DNA of 64,000 bases. Origin: Fibrobacterales bacterium. Its GTDB lineage: Bacteria; Fibrobacterota; Fibrobacteria; Fibrobacterales; JAOPTW01. The stretch is from assembly GCA_051532055.1 (NCBI GenBank), contig JAOPTX010000036.1:1-64000 (forward strand), in the 5' to 3' direction. This document shows positions 1 through 8,243 of this stretch, in pieces. The number at the start of each line of letters is the position of its first letter. Position 1 is the stretch's first letter. Under the pieces are notes generated by a model, which was not told the DNA's origin, did no database searches, and saw nothing but the letters and a program-made list of their open reading frames with translations. The translations under genes and the position numbers were made by a program.

Positions 1-559
1 CTGCTCCTGCGCCAGTAGAAATGCTGAGAGAACCGGTAGTAAGGGCATCAATAGACATTGTGATGTTATCAACTCCCGCACTGTCATTTGCACCAATGTG
101 AAGTATTGATGATGATGATCCACTGGTTCCGAATGAATTTGCACCATTACCGATGAGGGTTTGTGTGTTATATTGGGTGGCATTTGCAATTCGGTCTATT
201 TCATCACCGAGGGCAACATACTCCTGTTGTAGATATGATCTATCAGTTGAAGTAAGAGTGTCATTGGCAGATTGTACAGAAAGTTCACGCATTCTTTGAA
301 GAATACTTGAAATCTCATTAGCCGCCCCTTCAGCAACTTGTAGTAGTGCAACGCCATCTTGTGCATTAGATTTTGCACGATTTAATCCTCTAACCTGAGT
401 ACGTAACTGTTCCGAAACTGAGAGCCCTGCGGCATCATCAGCAGCTCGGTTGATACGTAGTCCGGTAGATAGTTTTTCAAGTGATTTTCCCAGTCCATTA
501 TTTGCACTTGCAAGTGAATTCTGGGTTATCAACGAATTGATGTTGTGGTTAATACGCAT
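1..559 (-). CDS. fliC: Flagellin fla1 (partial; 3' end runs off the left edge)
   Basis: ATG at 557-559 gives MRINHNINSLITQNSLASANNGLGKSLEKLSTGLRINRAADDAAGLS..., near-identical to fla4/fla6; not in the ORF track because there is no stop in the window. Confidence 0.95.
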   Translation of the reverse strand, partial: MRINHNINSLITQNSLASANNGLGKSLEKLSTGLRINRAADDAAGLSVSEQLRTQVRGLNRAKSNAQDGVALLQVAEGAANEISSILQRMRELSVQSANDTLTSTDRSYLQQEYVALGDEIDRIANATQYNTQTLIGNGANSFGTSGSSSSILHIGANDSAGVDNITMSIDALTTGSLSISTGAGA

Positions 560-602
560 AATAAACCTCCATGTTTTTTTGCGTCAGCTGCTTCCGTGCA
601 GC
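560..602 (-). promoter_or_regulatory. CsrA-type binding hairpins in the fla1 leader
   Basis: GCTGC-ACGGAA-GCAGC (587-602) and AAAC-ATGGAG-GTTT overlapping the SD. Confidence 0.75.
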
Positions 603-630
603 CAGTAGGTGTAGTAACTCCTATTATGAT

Positions 631-658
631 AGATCGGAGGGGGGGGGAGGAAACTTTA
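631..658 (-). promoter_or_regulatory. sigma28 (FliA)-type promoter of fla1, with a G9/C9 tract in the spacer
   Basis: Minus strand TAAAGTTT-N12-TCCGATCT; consensus TAAAGTTT-N11-GCCGATAA. Confidence 0.8.
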
Positions 659-897
659 ATTGTTTTCTTAAGTTTTACCTTAAGGAGTGAATTAAGTTTT
701 GTGTTAGGTGCAATGAAGAATTATGAACGGTGTTAAATGTCGTAGTGTAATGTGAAGGATTGTAAGCATCAAAAGAGTATAGGTGGCTCTATGAGAAACA
801 CATCTGTGTGTTTGTTATAGCGGTACGAATGCTCAATGGCGAATTACAAAATCCCTGACTGATTTTTAATCATAGCTATTTAATGAGCTTGATTGTC

Positions 898-1764
898 CTA
901 GCCAATAAGCGCTAGTGCCGCTTGTGGTGTGGCGTTAGACTGCGCCAACATTGACGTAGAAGATTGGGTTAGTATTTGATTACGGGTGAGTTGAGTCGAT
1001 TCCGAGGCGAAATCGACATCACGAATGCGTGACTCCGCATCTTGAGTATTGAACTCTTGATTGTAGATGTTGTTCATAGCATGTTCAAGCCTATTTACAA
1101 AAGCACCCACATTTGATCGCATAGTATTGACTGATGTTATTGCTGAATCTATTGCGGTAATAGAGCTCATTGCAGCGCTTTGCGTTGAAACACCGATGGT
1201 AGTAGTGGCACCGGCTGCAGTAGAGATACCTAAGGAACCGGTAGTAATGGCATCAATGCTAATAGCAATGTTATCAATACCGGTACCGGCATTGACCCCA
1301 ATTTGTAGAATCGATGATGAAGACCCACTTGCGCCAAATCTGTTGGGCCCATCGCCGATCACTGTTTGAGTATTGTATTGAGTGGCATTTGCAATACGAT
1401 CTATTTCGTCTGCGAGAGCGACATACTCTTGTTGCAGGTAGCTTCTGTCAGTAGAGGTGAGAGTGTCATTCGCAGACTGTACTGAGAGTTCACGCATTCT
1501 TTGAAGGGTCGAAGAAATTTCATTGGCGGCGCCCTCTGCAATTTGCAGGAGAGCAACTCCATCTTGCGCATTAGCGCGCGCCCGCCCGAGTCCACGTATT
1601 TGTGTGCGGAGTTCTTCAGATACAGAGAGTCCGGCAGCGTCATCCGATGCGTGATTAATCCGTAACCCAGTCGATAACTTTTGCAATGATGAATTCAGGC
1701 TGCTATTGGCTTTGCCAAGCGCGTCCTGTGTAATCATAGAACTGATGTTATGGTTAATCCGCAC
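898..1764 (-). CDS. fliC: Flagellin fla2 (288 aa, GTG start)
   Basis: Flagellin N-terminal motif (LSTGLRINHASDDAAGL) and C-terminal motif (AESRIRDVDFASE...MLAQSN). Confidence 0.97.
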   Translation of the reverse strand: MRINHNISSMITQDALGKANSSLNSSLQKLSTGLRINHASDDAAGLSVSEELRTQIRGLGRARANAQDGVALLQIAEGAANEISSTLQRMRELSVQSANDTLTSTDRSYLQQEYVALADEIDRIANATQYNTQTVIGDGPNRFGASGSSSSILQIGVNAGTGIDNIAISIDAITTGSLGISTAAGATTTIGVSTQSAAMSSITAIDSAITSVNTMRSNVGAFVNRLEHAMNNIYNQEFNTQDAESRIRDVDFASESTQLTRNQILTQSSTSMLAQSNATPQAALALIG

Positions 1765-1768
1765 GTTC

Positions 1769-1860
1769 AGCCTCCTTGCCTCTTTGCGCCTGTAACTTCC
1801 ATGTTACAGGGGGTGTCTTACCCTATTAAAGAGTATCGGCGAGGCTCAAGTAAAACTTTA
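1769..1860 (-). promoter_or_regulatory. sigma28 promoter and CsrA hairpins of fla2
   Basis: TAAAGTTT-N12-GCCGATAC (1833-1860); CCTGTAAC-ATGGAA-GTTACAGG (1789-1810); GGC-AAGGAG-GCT at the SD. Confidence 0.8.
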
Positions 1861-1939
1861 GCGTTATTTCAGTATTTGCTTCAGGTTTTGCATCGTGTTG
1901 TTGAAAATATCAATGAGGAAATAAAAAAATCTAAAAACC

Positions 1940-1972
1940 AAAAAAGGGGCCGGCGAATGCCGGCCCCTTTTT
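1940..1972 (-). terminator. Intrinsic terminator after fla3 (bidirectional geometry)
   Basis: AAAAAGGGGCCGGC-GAAT-GCCGGCCCCTTTTT. Confidence 0.85.
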
Positions 1973-1993
1973 GAACATGGTATTGTTTTAAGG

Positions 1994-2854
1994 TTACCCG
2001 AGGAGTGCGAGTGCCCCTTGTGGGACAGCATTTGCTTGCGCTAACATTGATGTTGATGATTGGGTTAGTATTTGATTTTTGGTAAATCGTGTTGATTCGG
2101 TAGCAAAGTCTACATCTCTGATTCTCGATTCCGCATCCTGTGTATTAAATTCCTGATTGTTTATATTGTTTATTGCGTGCTCAAGTCGGTTTACGTACGC
2201 ACCCATATCTGAGCGCATTGCATTGACAGAATTGATGGCAATATCAAGGGACGAAATTGCTAACATTGCAGCAGATTGCGTGGATACACCCGATGCCCCT
2301 GTTCCACCTGTAGTAATAGAGAGTGACCCTGTCGTAATAGAATCAATGCCTATCGAGATGTTGTCGATTCCCGCTTGGTTGTTTGCACCAACGTGAAGAA
2401 TAGAGGCAATAGAGCCGCTTGCCCCAAAAGTATTTGCGCCATTCCCAATTAGAGTCATGGTATTGTATTGAGCAGAGTTTGCAATGCGGTCAATTTCATC
2501 GGCAAGTGCTGTATATTCTTGCTGTAGATAAGAACGATCGACAGAGGTAAGGGTATCATTCGCTGACTGAATTGAAAGCTCTCTCATTCGTTGTAATATA
2601 GAAGTGATTTCGTTTGCGGCCCCCTCTGCTACTTGTAAGAGGGCGACGCCATCTTGAGCATTGAGTTTGGCCCGAGCAAGTCCTCGTACCTGAGTACGAA
2701 GTTCTTCAGAAACTGAGAGTCCTGCAGCATCGTCTGCAGCTCTATTAATTCTGAGTCCAGTAGATAGTTTTTCAAGTGATTTGCCCAGGGTCCCATTAGC
2801 AGCGTAGAGTGCATTTTGGGTGATCATTGCCGAGATATTATGATTTATACGCAT
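1994..2854 (-). CDS. fliC: Flagellin fla3 (286 aa)
   Basis: Flagellin motifs; start moved from 2905 to the MRINHN ATG at 2852-2854, which has a GGAGG SD like its paralogs. Confidence 0.97.
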   Translation of the reverse strand: MRINHNISAMITQNALYAANGTLGKSLEKLSTGLRINRAADDAAGLSVSEELRTQVRGLARAKLNAQDGVALLQVAEGAANEITSILQRMRELSIQSANDTLTSVDRSYLQQEYTALADEIDRIANSAQYNTMTLIGNGANTFGASGSIASILHVGANNQAGIDNISIGIDSITTGSLSITTGGTGASGVSTQSAAMLAISSLDIAINSVNAMRSDMGAYVNRLEHAINNINNQEFNTQDAESRIRDVDFATESTRFTKNQILTQSSTSMLAQANAVPQGALALLG

Positions 2855-2857
2855 TGT

Positions 2858-2946
2858 AAACCTCCATGTTCTTTTGCGTGTTCGCCGCATCCTTGCGACT
2901 GTCATGTTCTATATCTCTTATATCGCTTATGAAAAGAATTACTTAA
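2858..2946 (-). promoter_or_regulatory. Degenerate sigma28 promoter and CsrA hairpins of fla3
   Basis: CGCA-AGGA-TGCG (2886-2897); AACATGGAGG at the SD; TTAAGT...GCGATAT promoter-like (about 2920-2946). Confidence 0.6.
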
Positions 2947-3032
2947 TACTTTTTGCTAAGAAAGTTTCAAAAAAACAAATAAACCCAAAAAACTTAAAGT
3001 TAAATATATTGTGAAAGTTAAGAATGTGAAGT

Positions 3033-3065
3033 AAAAAGTAAAGCACCGCCTGGGGGCGGTGCTTT
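3033..3065 (-). terminator. Intrinsic terminator after fla4
   Basis: Minus strand AAAGCACCGCC-CCCA-GGCGGTGCTTT followed by ACTTTTT. Confidence 0.8.
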
Positions 3066-3094
3066 GAAAAAATGATATAGGGTTAAGTGAATGA

Positions 3095-3961
3095 TTATCC
3101 AATAAGAGCGAGTGCTCCTTGTGGAACTGCATTTGCTTGTGCCAACATCGAAGTAGATGATTGAGTAAGAATCTGGTTTCTTGTGAAGCTGGTAGATTCT
3201 GTTGCAAAGTCTACATCTCTAATACGTGATTCCGCATCTTGAGTATTAAACTCTTGATTCGAAATATTATTCATTGCATGTTCAAGACGATTTACATAGG
3301 CACCCATGTCTGATCTCATGGTGTTCACTGATGTAATTGCAGTATCAATAGCGGTAATTGATGCCATAGCTGCAGCTTGAGTAGACACGCCTATTGTAGT
3401 AGTCGCGCCTGTTCCTGTTGAAATACCAAGTGACCCAGTAGTAAGAGCATCAATTGACATTGTGATGTTATCAACACCGACATTATCATTTGCACCAATG
3501 TGAAGGATTGAAGATGAAGAGCCGCTTGTACCAAAAGCATTCGCACCATTACCAATGAGTGTTTGAGTATTGTATTGAGTCGCATTTGCAATACGGTCGA
3601 TTTCATCACCGAGTGCCACATATTCCTGCTGTAGATATGATCTATCAGTAGAAGTAAGGGTGTCATTCGCTGATTGAACCGAGAGTTCTCTCATTCTTTG
3701 AAGAATAGAAGAGATCTCATTTGCTGCACCCTCAGCTACCTGTAAGAGTGCAACGCCGTCTTGGGCATTTGATTTTGCTCTACCAAGACCACGTACTTGT
3801 GTTCTTAATTGTTCGGAAACAGAGAGTCCCGCTGCATCATCTGCTGCTCGGTTAATCCGTAGACCGGTTGAGAGTTTTTCCAGTGATTTTCCAAGTCCGT
3901 TATTTGCCGCACCGAGAGCATTCTGGGTAATAAGTGAATTGATGTTGTGATTAATACGCAT
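3095..3961 (-). CDS. fliC: Flagellin fla4 (288 aa)
   Basis: Flagellin N/C motifs; near-duplicate of fla6. Confidence 0.97.
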   Translation of the reverse strand: MRINHNINSLITQNALGAANNGLGKSLEKLSTGLRINRAADDAAGLSVSEQLRTQVRGLGRAKSNAQDGVALLQVAEGAANEISSILQRMRELSVQSANDTLTSTDRSYLQQEYVALGDEIDRIANATQYNTQTLIGNGANAFGTSGSSSSILHIGANDNVGVDNITMSIDALTTGSLGISTGTGATTTIGVSTQAAAMASITAIDTAITSVNTMRSDMGAYVNRLEHAMNNISNQEFNTQDAESRIRDVDFATESTSFTRNQILTQSSTSMLAQANAVPQGALALIG

Positions 3962-3962
3962 T

Positions 3963-4066
3963 ATAAACCTCCATGTTTATTGGTATCCTGCATCCTTGCA
4001 GTTGTTAGGAAAGCAGTAAGTCTGAATTCCTTTTAAACATATCGACGGTAGTGATTTAAAACTTGA
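3963..4066 (-). promoter_or_regulatory. sigma28 promoter and CsrA hairpins of fla4
   Basis: TCAAGTTT-N12-GTCGATAT (4039-4066); CTGCA-AGGA-TGCAG (3988-4001); ATAAAC-ATGGAG-GTTTAT at the SD. Confidence 0.78.
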
Positions 4067-4185
4067 AGTAATTCTTACTAAAATGTTAAATATTGAAATT
4101 AAAACAGGAGTTATAGTTGTAGTAGGGGCCACTATAGCTCTTTAAAGCTATGGCCAGGGGGCTGGTTATTGTGCGGGGAGAGGGC

Positions 4186-4220
4186 AAAAAAATAAAGCCC
4201 CCTGTAGGAAGGAGACTTTA
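4186..4220 (-). terminator. Intrinsic terminator (sRNA A / fla5)
   Basis: TAAAGTCTCCT-TCCTAC-AGGGGGCTTTA followed by T7. Confidence 0.75.
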
Positions 4221-4282
4221 CTTTGGAGTTAGTACTGGGTGTTACCCGAGTTGTGCATCTGCGTATCAAACATATGCACAAT
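4186..4282 (-). ncRNA. Candidate antisense sRNA A (independent transcript or fla5 3'UTR-derived), complementary to the fla7 leader and start
   Basis: Hairpin TTGTGCAT-(15-nt loop)-ATGCACAA whose loop is antisense to ATGCGTATCAATCATA; a second block antisense to 8359-8384; ends in terminator 4186-4220; upstream TAAAGTTT-N12-CCCTATAT (4285-4312). Confidence 0.55.
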
Positions 4283-4395
4283 ATATATAGGGAGAATTTC
4301 GTTAAAACTTTAGACCTTTTTATATTTTGGTATGAACGAGGGAATAATGCTGTGCATAAAAAGAGGGATTGGTTATAACGATGGAGCGTTGATTA

Positions 4396-5988
4396 CTACC
4401 CGATAAGGGTAAGTGCAGCATTGGAAACACCATTAGCTTGCGAGAGCATGGCGGTTGCAGACTGTGTTAGGATCTGCTGTTTGGTAAATGCAGTAGATTC
4501 TGTTGCAAAATCAACATCGCGAATACGAGACTCTGCATCTTGTTGATTGAACTCTTGATTGTGTAAATTTTGAATTGAGTGTTCAAGGCGATTGATATGG
4601 GCGCCCACATCAGAGCGTTTTGTTGAGACTGTTGAGATAGCCGTTCCAACGACACCGATACTGGCGTGTGCACCAGTACGACTGCCAACTGAGGCGGCGT
4701 CAACTCCTAGGGCACCACCAGAAACAGATCCTAAGCCATCGAGATCCATTGTGTCGACATCTTCTACGGCATTTGCGCCAATATGCATTTGGAGTGCCTC
4801 ACCAATATCAAATGAGACTCCGGTAAAGCCTTCACCTGTGATAGTGGTTCCGACTTGATCACCAAATGCTGATGCATAGGCTGGGTCTCCAGTATTAAGA
4901 TTTTGTGCTAAAAACCCTGCCTCAAAAGCGGCATAAGTACCGCCAAAAGTTGCAGTTATATTTGCTTCGAGTTGTGCTGATCCACTAATGGTTGTTCCGT
5001 AGATGTCATCAATAGAGCCTGCGCCATTTTGGATAAACATTGCGGCAAGATACGCAGTTGCATAATCTTCATCTGAACCACTCCATGTATTATGGTCAAT
5101 ACTTCCGCCACTTGCAAATGATGACGCCGCTATAATTGCAGCAGTATTGGCGTAACTCCCTGCTAATAAGCTGGTAACCCGAGACTCACCGCCAGCATTA
5201 CTTGCTTCAGCAGCACCTTCGGAGAACCATGTGGGTGGCTGATGTCCATTGATATACTGAAGGGCATGGGTCATTTCGTGAGAGAGAATATCTTGGGCGG
5301 AAAAAACGTTACCGAGGTGATTCATGGGTCCGTCAGCGTTGGCATCCCCTGTTACCTGGGCATTAAAATCATCTAAATCGAGGTTAATGACCGCTTGAGT
5401 ACCGTCAGATCCGCCAGTGGCTAAGAGACCTGCTTCACCATCCATGTTTTCGCCAGTGACGTGGAGGTTGCCAAAGGCCGATAGATTGCTATAGGCATTT
5501 TGTACCGTGGCAGCCGCCCCGGGAAGCCAGTCATTTGTCAGTTTGTCTATTAATTCTTCTGCGTTATCAGCTCCGCCACGTAATACTTGAATGCCATTAT
5601 ATTGTGTAGCATCATTTATGCGAGTCAATTCTTCTGAAAGAGCAGTGAATTCTTGATCGATATATGAGCGGTCTTCATCAGTAAGGGTGTCACTTGCAGA
5701 TTGTATTGCTAATTGGCGTTGGCGCTGTAAAATAGAGTGAGCTTCATTCATCGCCCCTTCAGCAACTTGAAGAAGGGCGACGCCATCCTCCGCATTGTGT
5801 CGGGCACGATTATTACCTCTGATTTGAGATCGCAGTTGTTCGGAAACAGAGAGTCCGGCAGCATCATCAGAAGCGCGATTAATCCGCAAGCCCGTAGAGA
5901 GCTTATGCAGAGAATCACCCAAAGCATTGTTCGCTGAATTAAGCGAATTCTGGGTAATAAGTGCGCTGATGTTGTGATTGATCCTCAA
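4396..5988 (-). CDS. fliC: Flagellin fla5 with inserted gluzincin metallopeptidase domain (flagellinolysin-like), 530 aa, TTG start
   Basis: Flagellin N/C domains flank a ~240-aa insert with SHEMTHALQ (HExxH, 5266-5280) and PTWFSEGAAE (5206-5229). Confidence 0.9.
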   Translation of the reverse strand: MRINHNISALITQNSLNSANNALGDSLHKLSTGLRINRASDDAAGLSVSEQLRSQIRGNNRARHNAEDGVALLQVAEGAMNEAHSILQRQRQLAIQSASDTLTDEDRSYIDQEFTALSEELTRINDATQYNGIQVLRGGADNAEELIDKLTNDWLPGAAATVQNAYSNLSAFGNLHVTGENMDGEAGLLATGGSDGTQAVINLDLDDFNAQVTGDANADGPMNHLGNVFSAQDILSHEMTHALQYINGHQPPTWFSEGAAEASNAGGESRVTSLLAGSYANTAAIIAASSFASGGSIDHNTWSGSDEDYATAYLAAMFIQNGAGSIDDIYGTTISGSAQLEANITATFGGTYAAFEAGFLAQNLNTGDPAYASAFGDQVGTTITGEGFTGVSFDIGEALQMHIGANAVEDVDTMDLDGLGSVSGGALGVDAASVGSRTGAHASIGVVGTAISTVSTKRSDVGAHINRLEHSIQNLHNQEFNQQDAESRIRDVDFATESTAFTKQQILTQSATAMLSQANGVSNAALTLIG

Positions 5989-5991
5989 AAC

Positions 5992-6082
5992 CTACATCCG
6001 TGTTACTAAAAAGAAACGCCTTCCGCTTCCATGCGGATTTAGGCCCTATTGCATTGATCGGCCGCCTAGAGTAAAATCTTGA
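5992..6082 (-). promoter_or_regulatory. sigma28 promoter and CsrA sites of fla5
   Basis: TCAAGATT-N12-GCCGATCA (6055-6082); TCCGC-ATGGAA-GCGGA (6022-6037); ACACGGATGT (5994-6003) next to the start. Confidence 0.8.
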
Positions 6083-6183
6083 GCAAAAATTTAAAAAAAG
6101 TTAAGCAAAATACTCATAAGAAAGCGAAGGCAAAACTTAATGCGGTGCATGAGCGAGGACCGCTTGTAATAAGTGAAAAAACT

Positions 6184-6208
6184 AAAAAGACCAGCTGATG
6201 CTGGTCTT
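6184..6208 (-). terminator. Intrinsic terminator after fla6
   Basis: AAGACCAGC-ATCA-GCTGGTCTTTTT. Confidence 0.8.
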
Positions 6209-6236
6209 AAATGGATTGTCTTTTGAATGAGAATGG

Positions 6237-7103
6237 TTATCCAATAAGAGCGAGTGCTCCTTGTGGAACTGCATTTGCTTGTGCCAACATCGAAGTAGAT
6301 GATTGAGTAAGAATCTGGTTTCTGGTGAAGCTGGTAGATTCTGTTGCAAAGTCCACATCTCTAATACGTGATTCCGCATCTTGAGTATTAAACTCTTGAT
6401 TCGCAATATTGTTCATTGCATGTTCAAGACGATTTACATAGGCACCCATATCTGATCTCATGGTGTTCACTGAGGTAATTGCCGTATCAATAGCGGTAAT
6501 TGATGCCATGGCTGCTGCCTGTGTTGAAACGCCAACAGTCGTTCCTGCTCCTGCTCCAGTAGAAATACTGAGAGAACCAGTAGTAAGGGCATCAATAGAC
6601 ATTGTGATATTGTCAACGCCAACATTGTCATTTGCACCAATGTGAAGGATTGAAGATGAAGAGCCGCTTGTACCAAAAGCATTCGCGCCATTGCCAATGA
6701 GTGTTTGAGTATTGTATTGAGTCGCATTTGCAATACGGTCGATTTCATCACCGAGTGCTACATATTCTTGCTGCAGATATGATCTATCAGTAGAAGTAAG
6801 GGTGTCATTCGCTGATTGAACCGAGAGCTCTCTCATTCTTTGGAGAATAGAAGAGATCTCATTTGCCGCACCCTCAGCAACCTGTAAGAGTGCAACGCCA
6901 TCTTGAGCATTTGATTTTGCTCTATTAAGACCACGTACTTGTGTTCTTAATTGTTCGGAAACAGAGAGTCCCGCTGCATCATCTGCTGCGCGATTAATCC
7001 GTAGTCCGGTAGAGAGTTTTTCTAGTGACTTTCCAAGTCCGTTGTTAGCGGAGCCAAGAGCATTTTGAGTAATTAATGAATTGATGTTGTGATTAATACG
7101 CAT
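6237..7103 (-). CDS. fliC: Flagellin fla6 (288 aa)
   Basis: Flagellin N/C motifs. Confidence 0.97.
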   Translation of the reverse strand: MRINHNINSLITQNALGSANNGLGKSLEKLSTGLRINRAADDAAGLSVSEQLRTQVRGLNRAKSNAQDGVALLQVAEGAANEISSILQRMRELSVQSANDTLTSTDRSYLQQEYVALGDEIDRIANATQYNTQTLIGNGANAFGTSGSSSSILHIGANDNVGVDNITMSIDALTTGSLSISTGAGAGTTVGVSTQAAAMASITAIDTAITSVNTMRSDMGAYVNRLEHAMNNIANQEFNTQDAESRIRDVDFATESTSFTRNQILTQSSTSMLAQANAVPQGALALIG

Positions 7104-7106
7104 AGT

Positions 7107-7193
7107 AAACCTCCATGTTTTGCGTGTTTGCCACTTCCGTGTGGCACTTAAGTCTCTAATAGAAGTATCGGTAAAACCTAAAGGAGATCTTTA
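7107..7193 (-). promoter_or_regulatory. sigma28 promoter and CsrA hairpins of fla6
   Basis: TAAAGATC-N13-ACCGATAC (7165-7193); TGCCAC-ACGGAA-GTGGCA (7129-7146); AAAC-ATGGAG-GTTT at the SD. Confidence 0.78.
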
Positions 7194-7318
7194 GAAAAAA
7201 ATAGAGAGAGGCGATAAAAGCTGGATATTTTTTAGAAAGCTAAAGTGGAACTAAATGAAGAATCTAGAGTGAAACCTGGGGCTGATGTTAATGATTGTTT
7301 TTTGGTTGATTTGAGGCG

Positions 7319-7343
7319 AAAAAAAAAGGGTCATTTCTGACCC
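7319..7343 (-). terminator. Intrinsic terminator after fla7
   Basis: GGGTCA-GAAA-TGACCC followed by T9. Confidence 0.85.
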
Positions 7344-7384
7344 CTCGTGCATTAAAGTTCTTTTTAAAAAGTGTACTGTCTTAT

Positions 7385-8242
7385 TTATCCGATAAGAGCA
7401 AGTGCACTTTGTGGTGCTGCATTTGCTTGTGCCAACATAGAAACAGATGACTGGGTTAATATTTGGGTTCTGGTAAACTCAGTTGATTCAGATGCGAAAT
7501 CAACATCACGAATTCGAGATTCAGCATCTTGCGAGTTAAACTCTTGGTTCGAAATATTGGTCATTGCATGTTCAAGTCTATTCACATAGGCGCCAATATC
7601 TGAACGCATCGAGTTTACTGAGGCAATTGCAGAGTCGAGTGTGGTTATTGCTGTTGTTGCTGCAGCTTGTGTTGAAACACCGACAGCCCCCGTACCGCTG
7701 GTACTAATACTGAGTGACCCCGAGGTCAGTGCAGTCATCGATATAGTGACGCTGTCAGCGGAAGTCGCATTAGCCCCAATATGGAGTACTGATGATGATG
7801 AACCAGAGGCGCCAAATGAGTTGGTTCCTCCATCTATGAGTGTTTGCCCATTGTATTGTGAACTGCTTGAGATACGGTCAACTTCTGCAGCAAGCGCTGA
7901 GAACTCTTGATCGAGATAGCCGCGGTCTGTTGAGGTGAGGGTGTCATTCGCCGCTTGAACCGAGAGTTCCCGCATTCTTTGGAGAATTTCTGACATCTCA
8001 TTTGCAGCACCTTCAGCAACTTGAAGAAGCGCTACGCCATCTTGTGCATTGGCCTTTGCGCGGCCCAGACCTCTGATTTGTGAACGTAACTGTTCAGAAA
8101 CAGAGAGTCCCGCAGCATCATCAGCGGCTCTATTGATTCTAAGACCAGTTGAAAGTTTTTCGAGTGATTTACCCATATTGGTATTTGCATTCGCAAGTGA
8201 GTTTTGGGTAATAAGTGAATTGATGTTATGATTGATACGCAT
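7385..8242 (-). CDS. fliC: Flagellin fla7 (285 aa)
   Basis: Flagellin N/C motifs; closest to fla8. Confidence 0.97.
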   Translation of the reverse strand: MRINHNINSLITQNSLANANTNMGKSLEKLSTGLRINRAADDAAGLSVSEQLRSQIRGLGRAKANAQDGVALLQVAEGAANEMSEILQRMRELSVQAANDTLTSTDRGYLDQEFSALAAEVDRISSSSQYNGQTLIDGGTNSFGASGSSSSVLHIGANATSADSVTISMTALTSGSLSISTSGTGAVGVSTQAAATTAITTLDSAIASVNSMRSDIGAYVNRLEHAMTNISNQEFNSQDAESRIRDVDFASESTEFTRTQILTQSSVSMLAQANAAPQSALALIG

Positions 8243-8243
8243 G

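Noticed and set aside
796..813. Hairpin AAACACA-TCTG-TGTGTTT between fla1 and fla2
   Set aside because: No promoter, clear U-tract or paralog complementarity found; function cannot be supported.
2855..2905. 17-aa N-terminal extension of fla3 in the ORF track
   Set aside because: Overlaps the leader hairpins; SD and paralogs support the ATG at 2854.
4100..4160. Minus-strand AGTGGCCCCTAC and TAACTCCT resemble antisense to the fla7 leader (8275-8285, 8378-8385)
   Set aside because: Lies beyond the 4186-4220 terminator with no visible promoter and the matches are short; worth rechecking only if readthrough is seen.
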